A stretch of DNA of 35,657 bases, from the NCBI GenBank assembly GCA_031414455.1, contig JANNVM010000021.1:1-35657 (forward strand). The letters are read 5' to 3'. The stretch comes from Verrucomicrobiota bacterium. GTDB lineage: Bacteria; Verrucomicrobiota; Verrucomicrobiia; Verrucomicrobiales; V1-33. The notes below the pieces were generated by a model. It saw nothing but the letters and a program-made list of their open reading frames with translations, was not told the origin of the DNA and did no database searches. This document shows, in pieces, positions 1-8,453 of this stretch (position 1 is its first letter; the number at the start of each line of letters is the position of its first letter). The translations under genes were made by a program, and so were the position numbers.

Positions 1-215
1 AGAATGAGAGAATAGGAGTTCGTCATGCCATCAGAACTCGCGCGTTAAACCGCGGTGGAATTCAACCGCCGGATGCGGAAAACCGCACGCCCGGTGGTGT
101 GGGAGCCCTGACGGGCGTAATCCCGTCAGGGCCACCCGATCGGATTCAGGCGTAAGCCCTGCGGCTGGCTCCCGTCGCTGACCTTTGACGTTCTCCTTCT
201 GATGCCACCCGCCAA

Positions 216-563
216 ATGGACTTATCAATCTTCGACGTATTTGGCAACACCGACCCCGGGAAGATGCCGGCGCACTTCTTCTCCGGAGCGAAGTTCATTG
301 ATTATAAAACTGCTATCCGAGCCGATACCTCCAAGCAGGATTGCTCTGTAGCTCCGCGACACTGGTATATTGATTGTGACTTCGACTGTCCGAAGTGTGG
401 CAGGGAGATCACCTGGACAGCTCAGGAGCGGAAGGCCTGGTTTGAGTTGTATCGTTTTTGGGTGGATTCAAACGTTAGGCATGCTCGCCCTATGGCAGTC
501 ATTGAGCCGTATGGTTTCTCGATTCGGGCAATTATGCAGGGTGGTTTTGGGATTGATTTATGA
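216..563 (+). CDS. hypothetical small Cys-containing protein (115 aa), possibly a degenerate zinc ribbon
   Basis: ATG-to-TGA ORF inside a visibly lower-GC islet (about 216-675). Motif YIDCDFDCPKCGREITWTAQERKAWFE (C-x3-C-x2-C, then an aromatic/acidic stretch). No Shine-Dalgarno sequence and no family recognised with certainty. Confidence 0.35.
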   Translation: MDLSIFDVFGNTDPGKMPAHFFSGAKFIDYKTAIRADTSKQDCSVAPRHWYIDCDFDCPKCGREITWTAQERKAWFELYRFWVDSNVRHARPMAVIEPYGFSIRAIMQGGFGIDL

Positions 564-675
564 TGGTTGAGACGCCGACTAACGTTTGGCTGTATTTGAA
601 ATGCGCCTGCGGCGATGAGATTTTAAATAGCGGCGGCAACCTGCCATTCCCCGGGGAAGCCGCCGGCGCTTGAGT

Positions 676-1926
676 TCAAGACGCCTTCAAGTCAAAACAC
701 ATGAGCACATCCTGGGAGCGGAGGTAGAGTTTGCCGCCTTCGATGGCAGGGTGGGGCCAACTGGGGCCGTCCACGAACGGGAGTTTGAAGGATCCGTTTT
801 CCTTGTAGCCGCCGGGCGTGGCGCTGATGAGGGCCATGATGCCGTCCTGATAGCGGAAGTAGAGATTGCCGTCGGCGGCGATGACCGCGGCGCTTTCGCG
901 GCCGGGACCGCGGTCTTTGTTCCAAACGGTTTTGCCGGTTTTCCATTCGATGCAGATGGGGAAGCCGTTGTTGTGGCCGGTGCCGGCGTAGATGTAATCG
1001 CCGATGCGGACCATGCCGCCGTGGTGGTTTTGAAACTTTTTGTGCTCAAGGAAATACTGCTCCTCCGCCTTCACGCCGTCGCCGTCTTTGGAGAGTTTGA
1101 GCAGTGCCGCGCCGGTTTGATAACCGCTGGATACGAAGACGTAGTCGTCCCACACGAGCGGTGTCGGGATGACGGCGGTGCCATTGGCGACTTTGTTGTA
1201 ATGCCAGAGCAGTTTGCCGTCTTTGGCTGACACCCCGATCGCGCCTTTGCCGACCATGGAGACATACTGCTTCACGCCGCCGCCATTGCTGATAACGGCA
1301 CCGGTGTAGCCCGTGCCCTCATGGCCGCCGCCTTCGAGTTGGGCCTTCGTCGTCCAGACCGGAGCACCGGTCTTCGCATGGAGTGCGACCATAAAATGAT
1401 CCTCGTGGCCCGGGGTGACGATGACCCGGTCACCGTCCACCAGCGGCGACTCGCTAAAGTCCCAGCCCGGTTTTTTCGGATCACCGAAGTCCTCTTTGTA
1501 ACTCTTGTGCCACACTTGTTTGCCGTCGGCGGCGGAGCAGCAGAGCAACTCACCGTCATCGCTCAGGGAATAGACCATGCCTCCGGCAACGGTCGGGGTG
1601 CATTTGGGTTCGCCGCCTTTTTTGCTAACGAGAGTGGACCACAATTCCTTCTGCGACGCGGCGTCCCATGCCACGACATACTGGCCGCCCTCACGCGCAC
1701 CCATGGTGAAGATTTTCCCGCCGGCGATGGACACGGAGGCCATGCCTTTGCCGAGGCCCTTGAGGCTCCATGCCAGTTTCGGTCCGCCCTGCGGCCATGA
1801 TTTCAGCAGGCCGGTTTCCGGGGAAACGCCGTCGCGCATGGCCCCGCGCCATTGCGACCATGCGGCGGCGGCCGCGTGCGAGGTGAATCCGGCGAGGAGA
1901 CAGCAGAAAAGAGGAAGAGTGCGCAT
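676..1926 (-). CDS. secreted PQQ-like (BamB-type) beta-propeller repeat protein
   Basis: 416-aa ORF with N-terminal signal peptide MRTLPLFCCLLAGFTSHAAAAAW. SQWRGAMRDGVSPETGLLKSWP is the typical opening of PQQ-like propeller proteins. Repeated G-x-hydrophobic blade pattern throughout. Stop TGA. Confidence 0.9.
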   Translation of the reverse strand: MRTLPLFCCLLAGFTSHAAAAAWSQWRGAMRDGVSPETGLLKSWPQGGPKLAWSLKGLGKGMASVSIAGGKIFTMGAREGGQYVVAWDAASQKELWSTLVSKKGGEPKCTPTVAGGMVYSLSDDGELLCCSAADGKQVWHKSYKEDFGDPKKPGWDFSESPLVDGDRVIVTPGHEDHFMVALHAKTGAPVWTTKAQLEGGGHEGTGYTGAVISNGGGVKQYVSMVGKGAIGVSAKDGKLLWHYNKVANGTAVIPTPLVWDDYVFVSSGYQTGAALLKLSKDGDGVKAEEQYFLEHKKFQNHHGGMVRIGDYIYAGTGHNNGFPICIEWKTGKTVWNKDRGPGRESAAVIAADGNLYFRYQDGIMALISATPGGYKENGSFKLPFVDGPSWPHPAIEGGKLYLRSQDVLMCFDLKAS

Positions 1927-2046
1927 GGCTGGGTTTTAGCGCAGCGGGGGAGCCGGCGCAATATTTAGACACCGGGCAAAGGCGGGAAAATTTCAGTTGT
2001 CGCTCCCGGGCATCCGTGCATGACTCGCCCACGCACCGGCGGACAT

Positions 2047-2131
2047 GCTCTCGTGGCGGAATTGGTAGACGCGTATGACTCAGGATCATATGGGGTAACC
2101 TGTGGAGGTTCGAATCCTCTCGAGAGCACCA
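2047..2131 (+). tRNA. tRNA-Leu (anticodon CAG), class II with long variable arm, CCA encoded
   Basis: Hand-folded cloverleaf. Acceptor GCTCTCG/CGAGAGC, D arm GCG-GAATTGGTAGA-CGC, anticodon stem TATGA/TCATA with loop CTCAGGA, 13-nt variable arm, T arm GGAGG-TTCGAAT-CCTCT, discriminator A, then CCA. Confidence 0.95.
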
Positions 2132-2231
2132 TGTTCCGGCGGCGGGGAGGCAGCGGAGCTGGCAACCCCGGTGCGTCGCCGGAAAAGCTTTAAGCACCAC
2201 ATTTCAAGCTCCAGGAAAGCTCCAAGTCTTC

Positions 2232-2912
2232 ATGCAGGATCCCGTTTTCGTCCAGGACGCCTTCGCCAAAATCGCGCGGCGTTATGTCATTACCAATCAT
2301 GTGCTCTCTCTGGGCACGGACATCCTGTGGCGGCGGAAGGTGGCGCGGCTGGTGCGCGGGCTGGCACCGGCGAAGCTGCTGGATCTGGCTACGGGCAGCG
2401 GGGATCTCGCGGTGGAGATCGCGAAGAAGCATCCCGGCATCGCCATTACCGGCGCGGATTTTTCGGCACCGATGCTGGAAGTGGCGCGGCAGCGGAAAGT
2501 GCCTGGCCTCGAACTCGTCCAGGCCGATGCCATGCATCTTCCGTTTTCGGATGGTGCTTACGATGCGGTGACTGTCGCCTTCGGACTGCGCAACATGGCC
2601 TCGTGGCCTGATGCCGTCCGCGAAATGGCGCGTGTGACCCGCCGCGGCGGGGCTCTCATCATTCTCGATTTTTCGCTGCCGCGGTTTGCCCTGTTGCGCG
2701 GGCCTTACCGTTTCTACCTGCATAAAATCATGCCGCGCATCGCCGGCTGGATCACCGGTCAGTACGAAGCCTATGCCTACCTCGCCGGCTCGATTGAGAA
2801 GTTTCCCTCCGGTCAGACGATGTGTGAGTTGCTGACGGCGAACGGCTACACGAAGGCCCGCGCGATTCCCGTGAGCCTCGGGATCGCGAGCATCTACGTG
2901 GCTGACAGGTAA
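2232..2912 (+). CDS. ubiE: demethylmenaquinone / ubiquinone-menaquinone biosynthesis C-methyltransferase UbiE/MenG
   Basis: 226 aa. SAM-binding motif LLDLATGSGDLAVEIAKK and the UbiE-family block AFGLRNMASWPDAVREMARVTRRGGALIILDFSLP. The N-terminus (FAKIARRYVITNHVLSLGTDILWRR) matches the family pattern. Confidence 0.93.
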   Translation: MQDPVFVQDAFAKIARRYVITNHVLSLGTDILWRRKVARLVRGLAPAKLLDLATGSGDLAVEIAKKHPGIAITGADFSAPMLEVARQRKVPGLELVQADAMHLPFSDGAYDAVTVAFGLRNMASWPDAVREMARVTRRGGALIILDFSLPRFALLRGPYRFYLHKIMPRIAGWITGQYEAYAYLAGSIEKFPSGQTMCELLTANGYTKARAIPVSLGIASIYVADR

Positions 2913-2920
2913 GCCGGGCG

Positions 2921-5806
2921 CTATTTCATGAACAGATCACTTCCCGGCAGATTGAGGGTGTGAAGAAAACCGGATTCATCCACGAAGCGGGCGCAGCCGG
3001 CCTCCCGGTCGCCGCGAAGACAACAGATGAATTCAAACTGTGCGCCGGGCGTGCCGCGTTCGGCAGAGTATTTCCTGACAAATTCGATCGCCGGCAGCGT
3101 GCGGGTGCCCATGATGTTCCGCAGGGGGAACTGGATGGATCCGTCATAGGCCCGGAAGACGAGTTCTGTGCAGACGAGTTTGTCGGAGGTGAAGAAGTCG
3201 AACTCGAAATCGTAGGGCTTGCCCGCGTGGCTGAAAGCTCTGGCAATGGCTTCGCGGATTTTGTCAGGCGGGAGTCGCGGGCGAAGCAGCGCCACGCTGT
3301 CGGCTTCACCGATGCTGTGCTCCAGTGACGTGAAGACGACACCCTCACTGATGGATTCCAGCACCACACAGGCGTGGCCGGCGGCATCATGGCGCAGGTA
3401 TTTTTCCCAGTGTGTCTGCACGCGCGGATCATGATGCAGGCTGAGCGCGCGCAGGTCGTCCGGTGTGCCGACATAGAGCGCCGCGTGCGGCCAGTACCCG
3501 GGAAGGAAGGCGTTGCTCACATACCAGTTGCGGCGCTCGAGGAAGATATCGCCCGGCTTGAGTTTGGTGCTGAGTTCCTTCACCTGGCCATCGGAGATGA
3601 GCGCCATGCCGGGCTCGCGGATTTTGGTGTCGCCCATCCAGGTGCTCACCAGCGTCTGCACGCCGTAGAGGAGTTCCCTGCCTTCATCGCGCGCGTCGCG
3701 CAGCGGCTGCTTGAGGCGTTCGGCGGCGAGCCGGCTGTCGGCGAGGGCGAGGCGCCCGCGGCATTCCCGGATGGAGTCGTGGAAGACGGCGCCGCCGTTC
3801 GTCAGGCTGAAATCACTGAACGTAATATCGTCGTAGGTGTCCGCCGCCAGTTCCAGCGCGCGGCGGTTCGTGGCGGAGCACAGGCTGCGCCGCACGGTGT
3901 CGAACACGCCTGGCGGAATATCCCATGCGGGCTCGGCTTCGTTGAGTTTTTTCACAGCCTCCGCGCTGTCATTGAAGGCATCCACAAATCCCAGCGAAGC
4001 TGCCGCGAGGGCGCTGCCGGCGGTATAGGCACAGAGGAAGGTGCGGGCCCGCAGGGATTTGGCCGCGACCTGATCAGACTTTTGATAGCGCCACACCATG
4101 CGCACCAGCGCCGTGCGCAGCGTCACGTATCCCCGCAGCATCCGGCGCAGGGCATCATTGTCCTCCTGAATATACCAGCTCCGTTTGCCTGACGCGAAAT
4201 CCGCGGCAAGCTGCTTCGCATCGTTCAGCTTCGCGGGAATATCAGGCAGCCAGCGGCGCAGCACGGCCTCGTCGGCATCGAGCATCGCCGTCAGTGTTTC
4301 CGCCGGCACGCCCGTCAATTCCATGCCGCCCATGGCTATCGCCATCTGCGTCCGCTTCCAGTGTGCATAGCCGGTCCACAGCATCGCGGAGATGAGAAGC
4401 ACGGCGCTCCACCGCAGCGCCAGACCGCCGATGCGCCGCCACGTCCACGGAAGTTCCAGCGGGGCCTCGCGCGGCTTCACTTTTGCGTATTCGTCCGCCA
4501 GTCCGGCGACCAGCGTGCGCACTTTCGACTGATGATCCCGCAGCGCGCGCAGTTTCTCCGGCTGAAAGCAAAGCCGCACCTGGGCCACGAGCGCTTCGCC
4601 GCCGCGGCGGAGCAGGCGGAGTTTTTGCAGCGCGAGAAATCCGCAGTACGGCATCGCCAGCGTCCATGCCCACGCCACCCACGGCAGGAAATACGAGCGC
4701 AGTGCGAACCAGACGGCGACATACATGGCGACCATCAGGGGCAGTCCGATTCCGAGTCGTGCGAGGGCGAGGGTGGTTCGTCCGTCATTGAAGCGCGCCG
4801 CGAGTTTCCGCGACAGGATGAAGGGCACCGCATGATGGAGCAGTCCGGCGAGGGCCGGCACGATGCCGGCGAACAGGAAGAGCGAGTCACGCAGGAGCCG
4901 CAAGGTCAGCCGGACCCGGCGGAAGCGCATGACCGGCGACCCCGGCTGGATGCCGGCGGCTTTCAGTTCGTTTGTATAGGCGTGGATTTTTGCCGCCGCT
5001 TCCTCCGCGCGCGGGCGATCCGTGGCGAAAAAATGATTCATGGCATCAGCCACGCGCTTGCGAAGCTGGAGCCGCGCCAGCGGGCCGGGGCTCTTCAGTC
5101 CCGGACGCGGCGCGAGATGTTCCAACTGATCCAGCAGTGGCAGCATCTCCGGATCATCGAGGTGCAAGGCGACGCGTTTCAGCCGCGACTCGATTTCCGC
5201 CGACACCGCCCGCTGCGCCTGCTTCTCATGCGGATGTTCTTTAACAAAGGCCGCAAGGTCCAGCGGTTCACCGATTTGAATCCACAGTGCGGTGCGGAAG
5301 CCTTCCTTTCGCTCGAAGTTCGTCCCCACCGGAACGAGGAAGGGACGTTCGCCCAGCGCCACCGCCTTCACCGCGATGCGCGCGGTACCGCTCTTGATCT
5401 CCTCGACGCGGGGCAGGTCGTGACTTTTGCCCTCCGGAAAAATTCCCACGCAATCCCCTGCTGCGAGCGCCTCCGCGGCGCGGTCGAGGATTTCCAGATT
5501 CCGCCTAACCTGCGCGGCATCATCCTGGGCGCGGTAGGCCGGGATCATTCCCAGCCCGCGCATCAGCGCACCGAGCACCGGCACATCGAAGAGCGTCGCC
5601 TTGGCGAGAAACCGCACCTTCCGCCTGGCCGCGGAGCCTACGAGCACCGGATCGAGCAGCGAGCCCTGATGGTTCGCCACAAACAGGACCGGTCCCGGCG
5701 GCAGTTTTTCGCGGCCGGTAATCCGCACCGGCGCATAATACATCCCCACCAGCGCCCGCATGAACCGGCGTGCGCAATAGCCAAGAGTAGAAAGCCGGCG
5801 GGACAC
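2921..5806 (-). CDS. multidomain membrane protein: N-terminal PlsC/LPLAT-type acyltransferase, polytopic membrane core, C-terminal permuted NlpC/P60 (YiiX/YaeF-like) cysteine hydrolase
   Basis: 961-aa uninterrupted ORF. Acyltransferase blocks VANHQGSLLDP and FPEGKSH. Hydrophobic segments in the middle (FLFAGIVPALAGLLHHAVPFIL, GIGLPLMVAMYVAVWFAL, WSAVLLISAMLWTGY). The C-terminus has KPGDIFLERR...WPHAALYVG and KPYDFEFDFFTSDKLVCTELV (His before Cys, the permuted papain-like order). Stop TAG. Confidence 0.85.
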   Translation of the reverse strand: MSRRLSTLGYCARRFMRALVGMYYAPVRITGREKLPPGPVLFVANHQGSLLDPVLVGSAARRKVRFLAKATLFDVPVLGALMRGLGMIPAYRAQDDAAQVRRNLEILDRAAEALAAGDCVGIFPEGKSHDLPRVEEIKSGTARIAVKAVALGERPFLVPVGTNFERKEGFRTALWIQIGEPLDLAAFVKEHPHEKQAQRAVSAEIESRLKRVALHLDDPEMLPLLDQLEHLAPRPGLKSPGPLARLQLRKRVADAMNHFFATDRPRAEEAAAKIHAYTNELKAAGIQPGSPVMRFRRVRLTLRLLRDSLFLFAGIVPALAGLLHHAVPFILSRKLAARFNDGRTTLALARLGIGLPLMVAMYVAVWFALRSYFLPWVAWAWTLAMPYCGFLALQKLRLLRRGGEALVAQVRLCFQPEKLRALRDHQSKVRTLVAGLADEYAKVKPREAPLELPWTWRRIGGLALRWSAVLLISAMLWTGYAHWKRTQMAIAMGGMELTGVPAETLTAMLDADEAVLRRWLPDIPAKLNDAKQLAADFASGKRSWYIQEDNDALRRMLRGYVTLRTALVRMVWRYQKSDQVAAKSLRARTFLCAYTAGSALAAASLGFVDAFNDSAEAVKKLNEAEPAWDIPPGVFDTVRRSLCSATNRRALELAADTYDDITFSDFSLTNGGAVFHDSIRECRGRLALADSRLAAERLKQPLRDARDEGRELLYGVQTLVSTWMGDTKIREPGMALISDGQVKELSTKLKPGDIFLERRNWYVSNAFLPGYWPHAALYVGTPDDLRALSLHHDPRVQTHWEKYLRHDAAGHACVVLESISEGVVFTSLEHSIGEADSVALLRPRLPPDKIREAIARAFSHAGKPYDFEFDFFTSDKLVCTELVFRAYDGSIQFPLRNIMGTRTLPAIEFVRKYSAERGTPGAQFEFICCLRGDREAGCARFVDESGFLHTLNLPGSDLFMK

Positions 5807-5955
5807 AGGTTGAGTGTGTCACGGGAATACCGTGCGGCAAGGATTTGTTGAGAGGCACCCCGCCGCGGAGTGGCGCCCCCCGGCCCTGGGGTGCCGGGTG
5901 GAAAAGGGACTCGGGTGGGTTGCCTTAAACGGAGGGACGGGTGGTGCCGGTGGCG

Positions 5956-6732
5956 TTACCGTTTGACGATCGTCTTACCGTTGAGCGGGGCTTTGGCCTT
6001 GGGCTTCGACTTGACCCTCGGCTTGGGGGACGCGCTGGCGACGGCTTTTTCTCCGGGCGCCCTGGACGATTTTACGATGGCTTTGTCTCCGGGGGCATTG
6101 GGGTCTGTAGCGGTGGTGGGAGCCAGGCGAACGGGGGGCGTATAGACGTATTCCGGCAGGGCGCGGGCTTCGGCAGGGAGACCGCCGCGCTCGATCTTAA
6201 CGGACGCACCGACAGGGACCCGGCTATAGAGGTCAATGATGTCCATGCTCTTCATGCGGATACAGCCGTAGCTGGCTGCATGGCCGATATTGCGTTCTTC
6301 GGGGGTGCCGTGAATATAGATGTAGCGGCTGTAGGCGTTGCGGTTTTTGCTTTCGGAACCGTCGAGCCAGAGGATGCGAGTGACGATGGGGTCGCGTCCG
6401 GGGGCGTCGGGATGAATGATTTCTCCGGTGGGCCGGCGGCTCTTGAACACCATGCCGGGGGGCAGGCCATCGCCGATTTTTTTTGCAATTTTCATTTTAC
6501 CCAGCGGGGTGCAGTTGGTGCTGCGTCCGTCGCCGCATCCGAATTTGGAGGTGCTGACGCCGTAGGTGCGGACGAGTTGGCCCTGTTCGTAGAGGGCCAT
6601 TTTCTGATCCCGCACGCTGACGCGGAGTTCCTTCCCGGGGGTGGTGCAGTTGGAGAGGCCGAGAGCCAGGGAAGCACAGGCGAGGAGTCTGGCAGCAAGG
6701 GAGCAGAGTCGGGAGCGGGTTGGTTGGTGCAT
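5956..6732 (-). CDS. L,D-transpeptidase (YkuD domain) lipoprotein with Lys/Pro-rich C-terminal tail
   Basis: 258 aa. Lipobox LGLSNC and catalytic motif YIYIHGTPEERNIGHAASYGCIRM (HG...S-x-GC-[IV]-R). The basic tail is PKPRVKSKPKAKAP. Confidence 0.9.
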   Translation of the reverse strand: MHQPTRSRLCSLAARLLACASLALGLSNCTTPGKELRVSVRDQKMALYEQGQLVRTYGVSTSKFGCGDGRSTNCTPLGKMKIAKKIGDGLPPGMVFKSRRPTGEIIHPDAPGRDPIVTRILWLDGSESKNRNAYSRYIYIHGTPEERNIGHAASYGCIRMKSMDIIDLYSRVPVGASVKIERGGLPAEARALPEYVYTPPVRLAPTTATDPNAPGDKAIVKSSRAPGEKAVASASPKPRVKSKPKAKAPLNGKTIVKR

Positions 6733-6755
6733 ACGATGGGTCAGTTCGTGTGGGG

Positions 6756-8252
6756 TCAGGCGGCGGGGGCTTCTCCGGGGTCGTCGGTGATACGTGCAGG
6801 GAACAATTGAGGAAGGGAGCCCGCGACAACATACCAGAAGCCACCCATGAATAATAAGTAAAAAGGTACAGAAAGCCAGTTATTTTCTAAAATACCTAAA
6901 ATACTAATAATTGTGAAGTAGATTGCGAGGCAGATTTCGAGGCCGAGGCCGATGGATTTGAGGGATTTGTACTTGGTCTTTTTGTAGTCCTGGCCCTTTT
7001 TCTCGATACCGTATTTTGGCGTACGGATGAAAGGAGAATCCATGCCAAGGAGGGCTTCAAAGACGGCGCGGCCGCTGTTGATGGCCATGCCAATGCCGAG
7101 GGCGAGGGCACCGGGGAGGAAGATGGCGCGTTTCCACCATGACTTGGGGTAGGCACCCATCTGGCTGGAGAGGTAGAAGCAGCCGACGGACAGGGAGGTG
7201 AGGGCAAAGACGGGGATGTCCATGAAGAGCCAGCGGAGGCCCCACGGGTTGAATCCGGCTCCGGCACCGGGCCAGATGAGGAAGCAGAGGAAGATGAGGA
7301 GGAGGTAGGCGAAGTTGGAGGTGAGGTGGGCCGTGGCTTCGAGTTTGATGAAGAGCGGCTGATCGCTGCGCCAAATGGGGCCGAGGAGTTTGCGGCAGGT
7401 CTGGATGGAGCCTTTGGTCCAGCGGTGTTGCTGGGTCTTAAATCCGTTCATATCCACGGGCAACTCTGCCGGGGTGACCACGTCGTTGAGGAAGATGAAT
7501 TTCCAGCCCTTCATCTGGGCGCGGTAGCTAAGGTCGAGGTCTTCCGTGAGAGTGTCGTGCTGCCAGCCGCCAGCGTCCACGATCGTCTGCTTGCGCCAGA
7601 CGCCGCCGGTGCCGTTGAAGTTAAAGAATCGTCCACTGCGGCTGCGGGCGACCTGTTCGACGACAAGGTGGCCGTCGAGGAACATGGCCTGGATTTTCGT
7701 CAGCAGGGAGTAGTCGCGGTTGATATGCCCCCAGCGGGTCTGGACGAGGCCGATTTTCTCGTCGGTGAAATAGTGGACCATCTCGTGGAGGACGCGGGGC
7801 GGGGGAAGGAAGTCGGCGTCGAGGATGAAGATGAAGTCTCCCTTTGCGGTGGCCATGCCATTTTCCAGGGCACCGGCTTTGAAGCCGGTGCGGTCCACGC
7901 GGTGGATGAGTTCCGCGTCGAATCCGTCGCGGAGAAGTTTTTCGAGTTCTTCCTGACAGATGGCACGGGTCTCATCAATGGAGTCATCCAGGATCTGGAT
8001 TTGGAGCAGTTCCTTCGGGTAATCCAGTTTGGCGACGGCGTCCACGAGGCGGCGGACGACGAGAAGTTCATTGAAAATCGGCAACTGGACGGTGACGAGC
8101 GGCAGTTTTTCGAGGCGGCCTTTGGGATGGGGTGGCTGTTTCCAATACTTCCAGAAGAGGTACACCATGCACCAGCGGTGCAGACCGAAGAGCGAGAGGC
8201 CAATTACGACCGGTATGTAGCAGCAGAGCCAGAGAATCGTCAGCCAATCCAT
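6756..8252 (-). CDS. family 2 glycosyltransferase, processive CesA/CslA-like membrane synthase
   Basis: 498 aa. N-terminal TM segment. D, DxD, D, QxxRW signature: ILDDSIDET, FILDADF, TLTEDLDLSYR, QQHRWTKGS. Multiple C-terminal TM segments. Confidence 0.9.
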   Translation of the reverse strand: MDWLTILWLCCYIPVVIGLSLFGLHRWCMVYLFWKYWKQPPHPKGRLEKLPLVTVQLPIFNELLVVRRLVDAVAKLDYPKELLQIQILDDSIDETRAICQEELEKLLRDGFDAELIHRVDRTGFKAGALENGMATAKGDFIFILDADFLPPPRVLHEMVHYFTDEKIGLVQTRWGHINRDYSLLTKIQAMFLDGHLVVEQVARSRSGRFFNFNGTGGVWRKQTIVDAGGWQHDTLTEDLDLSYRAQMKGWKFIFLNDVVTPAELPVDMNGFKTQQHRWTKGSIQTCRKLLGPIWRSDQPLFIKLEATAHLTSNFAYLLLIFLCFLIWPGAGAGFNPWGLRWLFMDIPVFALTSLSVGCFYLSSQMGAYPKSWWKRAIFLPGALALGIGMAINSGRAVFEALLGMDSPFIRTPKYGIEKKGQDYKKTKYKSLKSIGLGLEICLAIYFTIISILGILENNWLSVPFYLLFMGGFWYVVAGSLPQLFPARITDDPGEAPAA

Positions 8253-8390
8253 ATATGCGCGTTATAAACGGGAAAGCCCGGCAAGAGAGCCGGGCCGGAG
8301 GGGCATCTATCCAGGGGAAGGCGGGGGCGTCAAGGCGCAAATGGTTTTGCGGTTCCGCGGGTGTGCCGCGTGGCTGTTCAATGCCCGTCA

Positions 8391-8428
8391 CAATAAAGGA
8401 GGCAGGGCCGCGAGGTCCGGTCCTGCCT
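8391..8428 (-). terminator. putative intrinsic terminator downstream of the PEP-CTERM gene
   Basis: Stem 8400-8410 AGGCAGGGCCG pairs with 8418-8428 CGGTCCTGCCT (11 bp including one G-U), with a 7-nt loop. On the minus-sense RNA it is followed by CCUUUAUUG. Confidence 0.5.
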
Positions 8429-8453
8429 GAATTATTAGAGGCTCTCCGCCGGA

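Noticed and set aside
1-215. An attempt to assign the left-edge structured segment to a known RNA: RNase P, tmRNA, SRP/4.5S, 6S, cobalamin, TPP, glmS, c-di-GMP, fluoride, SAH or guanidine riboswitches, group II intron domain V, or TnpB/IscB omega RNA.
   Set aside because: The hallmark motifs are absent on both strands. These include GGAAAGTCCGGGC and ACAGAANCCGGCTTA for RNase P, a T-arm plus CCA for tmRNA, GGAAGGAAGCAGCC for SRP, the B12 box, and CTGAGA for TPP. Only short chance similarities were seen.
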